Shown in pieces: positions 61,462-64,000 of a stretch of 64,000 nt of DNA. The notes beneath the pieces are model-generated. The model ran no database searches. It was given only the letters and a program-made list of their open reading frames with translations, and was not told the origin of the DNA. How positions within the stretch are numbered: the stretch's first letter is position 1; every line of letters starts with the position of its first letter. The stretch comes from Oopsacas minuta (lineage: Eukaryota > Animalia > Porifera). Location of the stretch: assembly GCA_024704765.1 (NCBI GenBank), contig JAKMXF010000300.1:124001-188000 (forward strand). The letters run 5' to 3'. A program made the translations under genes and the position numbers.

Positions 61462-64000
61462 ATGTTAAGAGTCATCCAACTTTTAAGAACATCCCTTCAA
61501 CATCAGAATTCTATCACATCCATCAATAGATTCCCGATCCTGATACAAGCTAAGAGCCAACGTTACTATCAATTCAAATCTGGCATATACGGGTATTACC
61601 CCAAACCTGATCTTCATGATTGCTCTCAAATACTAGGAAACATTCCTTCTATTCAAGAACCTAACTACTTTAAATTGTGTCAGCTGATTGAAGCTTATAG
61701 AAATTTTGGACATGAAAAAGCTAACTTGGATGCAATCTCTCTAACAAATAGCAATAACAAACTGCCTTTAAATCTGAAAGATTTTGGTCTTGAAAATTGT
61801 CAAAAAGATATCTTCAACATATCCGATATTTTGCCAGGATTTGGCTCAGAAAAAGGATCTTTAGCGGAAATTATGGAATATTTGGATAAGACATATTGCA
61901 GTACATTAGCCATTGAGGTTAAACAACTCTATGAGAGCGATAGAGCATGGTTAATTCAAAAATTCGAACAAATCCAACAATTAAAATTCAGCGAATCTGA
62001 CAAAACAAATATACGAAATGTAATGTTGAAGGCTCAATCGTTAGATCGATTTTTAGGCAAAAAGTTTTCAACAGTAAAACGTTATTCAGGTGAAGGTGCC
62101 GAGAGTATGCTCGTATTTATGAACCAACTAATATCTCTTTCAATCCGAGAGTCTAGCTCTCTAACGAATATTGTACTGGGCATGCCTCATCGAGGTAGAT
62201 TGAACTTACAAACTGGTGTATTAGGTTATCCTTTACAAGCTTTGTTCCGTAAGCTTAGAGGTAACCCTGAGCTCATTGACAATTCTGGTACAGCTACTGG
62301 CGATATTCTCTCTCATCTATTCCAGTCTATTGACCTTCCTATAGAAGGGGAAGGTAGAAAGATACATTTAAGTATGTTACCTAATCCTTCACATTTAGAA
62401 GCAGTTAACCCAGTCGCTTTAGGAAAAACACGCGCAAAACAGCTGTTTTTAAAAGAAGCTCCCTATGACGTTACTGGAAATTGCGGATCACGATTAGGAG
62501 ATAGTGTAATGTGTGTTTTAATACACGGTGATGCTAGTTTTGCTTCACAAGGAGTAGTAGCTGAGTGTCTAATGATGAGTTCATTACCCAATTTCTCTGT
62601 AGGAGGAACTGTTCATGTTGTCGTCAATAATCAGTTGGGTTATACTACTAGTGCTGAATTTGGACGTTTCACTGATAAATGCACAAACTTTGGTAATCTA
62701 GCTAATTGTCCGGTTATTCATGTGAATGGTAGTGATCCTGAATCAGTAGTGAAAGCTTGTGAATTGGCATTTCAGTATAGGATGGAGAAACGTCGTGACG
62801 TCATAGTAGACATTTCCTGTTTCAGACGTTGGGGACATAATGAATTGGATGAACCAGCGTTTACTCAGCCTCAAATGTACCAATTTATCAACAATAGACA
62901 AACTGTCCCTGATCAGTATAGCGAGAATCTGAATTTTAATTCCAATTCTGTTGGTAAAGATTATGAATCTCATCTTAACTCTTGTCTCGCGGAAAGTGAC
63001 GCTTATGATCCTCCACCATCTCAATTCCAAGCACAGTGGTCTGCTATTCAACCTGCGACTAATAACATTACACAATGGGATACAGGATTACCTACTGAAC
63101 TGTTAAGGAAAATAGGAATTCATTCGGTTAAATTGCCGAATACATTTACTGTACATCCTCGGTTAATGAAGTCTCATGTTCAATCTCGTTTGAAAGAAAT
63201 GGAAACTGGAGAGAAATTAAACTGGGCAACTGCAGAAGCTCTTGCTATTGGTAGTCTACTAGTGCAGAGACACACTGTGCGTTTATGTGGCCAAGACTCG
63301 GGCAGAGGTACTTTTTCGCAGAGACACGCACTATTAGTTGACACACAGTCAGAAGATGTACATATACCTTTGAATAATCTCAGTACTGAACAAGCATACT
63401 TTGAGATAGTCAATTCCCCGCTGATTGAGGAATCCGTACTAGGATTTGAGTACGGAATGAGTATTGATAATCCCACACTACTAGTTATATGGGAAGCTCA
63501 ATTCGGAGATTTCTTCAATTGTGCTCAGTTATTTATTGATACGTTTATTTCCTCGGGTGAAGCTAAATGGATGCTACAAAGCGGACTAGTATTGCTACTA
63601 CCACATGGATATGATGGAGATGGACCTGAACACTCATCATGTCGTATTGAGAGATTCTTACAGCTGTGTAACACATCTCCTAGCATTCGTGATTCCGATA
63701 ATGTTAATATGAATGTTGTATTTCCTACTACACCTGCTCAATACTATCATTTACTAAGACGGCAACAGGTCAGGAATTTCCGAAAACCTTTGATTATTGT
63801 AGGTCCTAAAGGATTGTTAAGATTACCAGAAGCTGTTTCTTCCTTGAATGAAATGTCATCTGGTACTCATTTTAAAACAGTTCTATCTGATTCTAATGCA
63901 GGCAGTGCTGTAGAAAATACGCAGGGAATTTTGTGTAGTGGAAAGCATTATTACGCATTAGATCAGTATAGAAGGGAAAATGGTATTAAGGATTGTGTTA
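61462..64000 (+). CDS. DHTKD1: 2-oxoadipate dehydrogenase E1, intronless so far, truncated by the window edge
   Basis: Manual translation from ATG 61462 (basic mitochondrial-leader-like N-terminus, YQFKSGIYGY): KRYSGEGAESM, GMPHRGRLN, MLPNPSHLEAVNP, HGDASFASQG, RRWGHNELDEP, GQDSGRGTFSQRH, WEAQFGDF, PHGYDGDGPEHSS. Confidence 0.95.
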   Translation, partial: MLRVIQLLRTSLQHQNSITSINRFPILIQAKSQRYYQFKSGIYGYYPKPDLHDCSQILGNIPSIQEPNYFKLCQLIEAYRNFGHEKANLDAISLTNSNNKLPLNLKDFGLENCQKDIFNISDILPGFGSEKGSLAEIMEYLDKTYCSTLAIEVKQLYESDRAWLIQKFEQIQQLKFSESDKTNIRNVMLKAQSLDRFLGKKFSTVKRYSGEGAESMLVFMNQLISLSIRESSSLTNIVLGMPHRGRLNLQTGVLGYPLQALFRKLRGNPELIDNSGTATGDILSHLFQSIDLPIEGEGRKIHLSMLPNPSHLEAVNPVALGKTRAKQLFLKEAPYDVTGNCGSRLGDSVMCVLIHGDASFASQGVVAECLMMSSLPNFSVGGTVHVVVNNQLGYTTSAEFGRFTDKCTNFGNLANCPVIHVNGSDPESVVKACELAFQYRMEKRRDVIVDISCFRRWGHNELDEPAFTQPQMYQFINNRQTVPDQYSENLNFNSNSVGKDYESHLNSCLAESDAYDPPPSQFQAQWSAIQPATNNITQWDTGLPTELLRKIGIHSVKLPNTFTVHPRLMKSHVQSRLKEMETGEKLNWATAEALAIGSLLVQRHTVRLCGQDSGRGTFSQRHALLVDTQSEDVHIPLNNLSTEQAYFEIVNSPLIEESVLGFEYGMSIDNPTLLVIWEAQFGDFFNCAQLFIDTFISSGEAKWMLQSGLVLLLPHGYDGDGPEHSSCRIERFLQLCNTSPSIRDSDNVNMNVVFPTTPAQYYHLLRRQQVRNFRKPLIIVGPKGLLRLPEAVSSLNEMSSGTHFKTVLSDSNAGSAVENTQGILCSGKHYYALDQYRRENGIKDCV

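Noticed and set aside
402-63476. Many 60-135 aa ORFs in the track overlapping real genes (e.g. 402-659, 10046-10369, 23542-23880, 46896-47300, 52775-53086, 62743-63075)
   Set aside because: Antisense or off-frame shadows of well-supported CDS, with no recognisable motifs.
1-64000. Bacterial origin or HGT of the intronless genes (HAL, MANBA, MUTYH, DHTKD1, MOCS2)
   Set aside because: They have eukaryote/animal-type features (HAL N-terminal extension, signal or mitochondrial leaders, PIP box, an intron in MOCS2B) and the same composition as neighbouring spliced genes.
1-64000. CRISPR array or rRNA
   Set aside because: No regularly spaced direct repeats with spacers and no rRNA signature; the repeats seen are dispersed TIR elements.

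Overview
AT-rich, very compact eukaryotic (animal) genomic DNA with spliceosomal introns. EF1A carries the opisthokont insertion, and an Ig-domain receptor PTP and a TRPA-like channel point to Metazoa. Gene density, ~50-70 nt introns and many intronless genes resemble a hexactinellid sponge, but this is inference only. I reconstructed 29 protein-coding genes by hand: HAL (partial, -), TRPA-like channel, CEP44, NPC1 (25 exons), MANBA, TDP1, EFCAB12-like, MUTYH, DCDC2-like (13 exons), MIF/DDT-like, DYNC1I, B9D2, a receptor PTP, VPS72, MOCS2A, MOCS2B, vezatin-like, PAQR (-), EF1A, AGPAT5, DHTKD1 (partial), plus 8 intronless genes nested in introns. NPC1 introns hold a same-strand DUF1295 steroid-reductase-like gene and two same-strand orphan 7TM paralogs. 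DCDC2-like introns hold NR2C2AP, a 4TM PPxY protein and three atypical small GTPases lacking switch I/II consensus. 25 of 29 genes are on the + strand, and many have a splice-acceptor-like AG just before the ATG, which suggests possible SL trans-splicing/operon-like expression. MOCS2A/B look like a leaky-scanning bicistron. Several MITE families (TA-target and hAT-type), Helitron-like hairpins and an 82-nt near-perfect palindrome are present. No CRISPR, rRNA or convincing tRNA was found.
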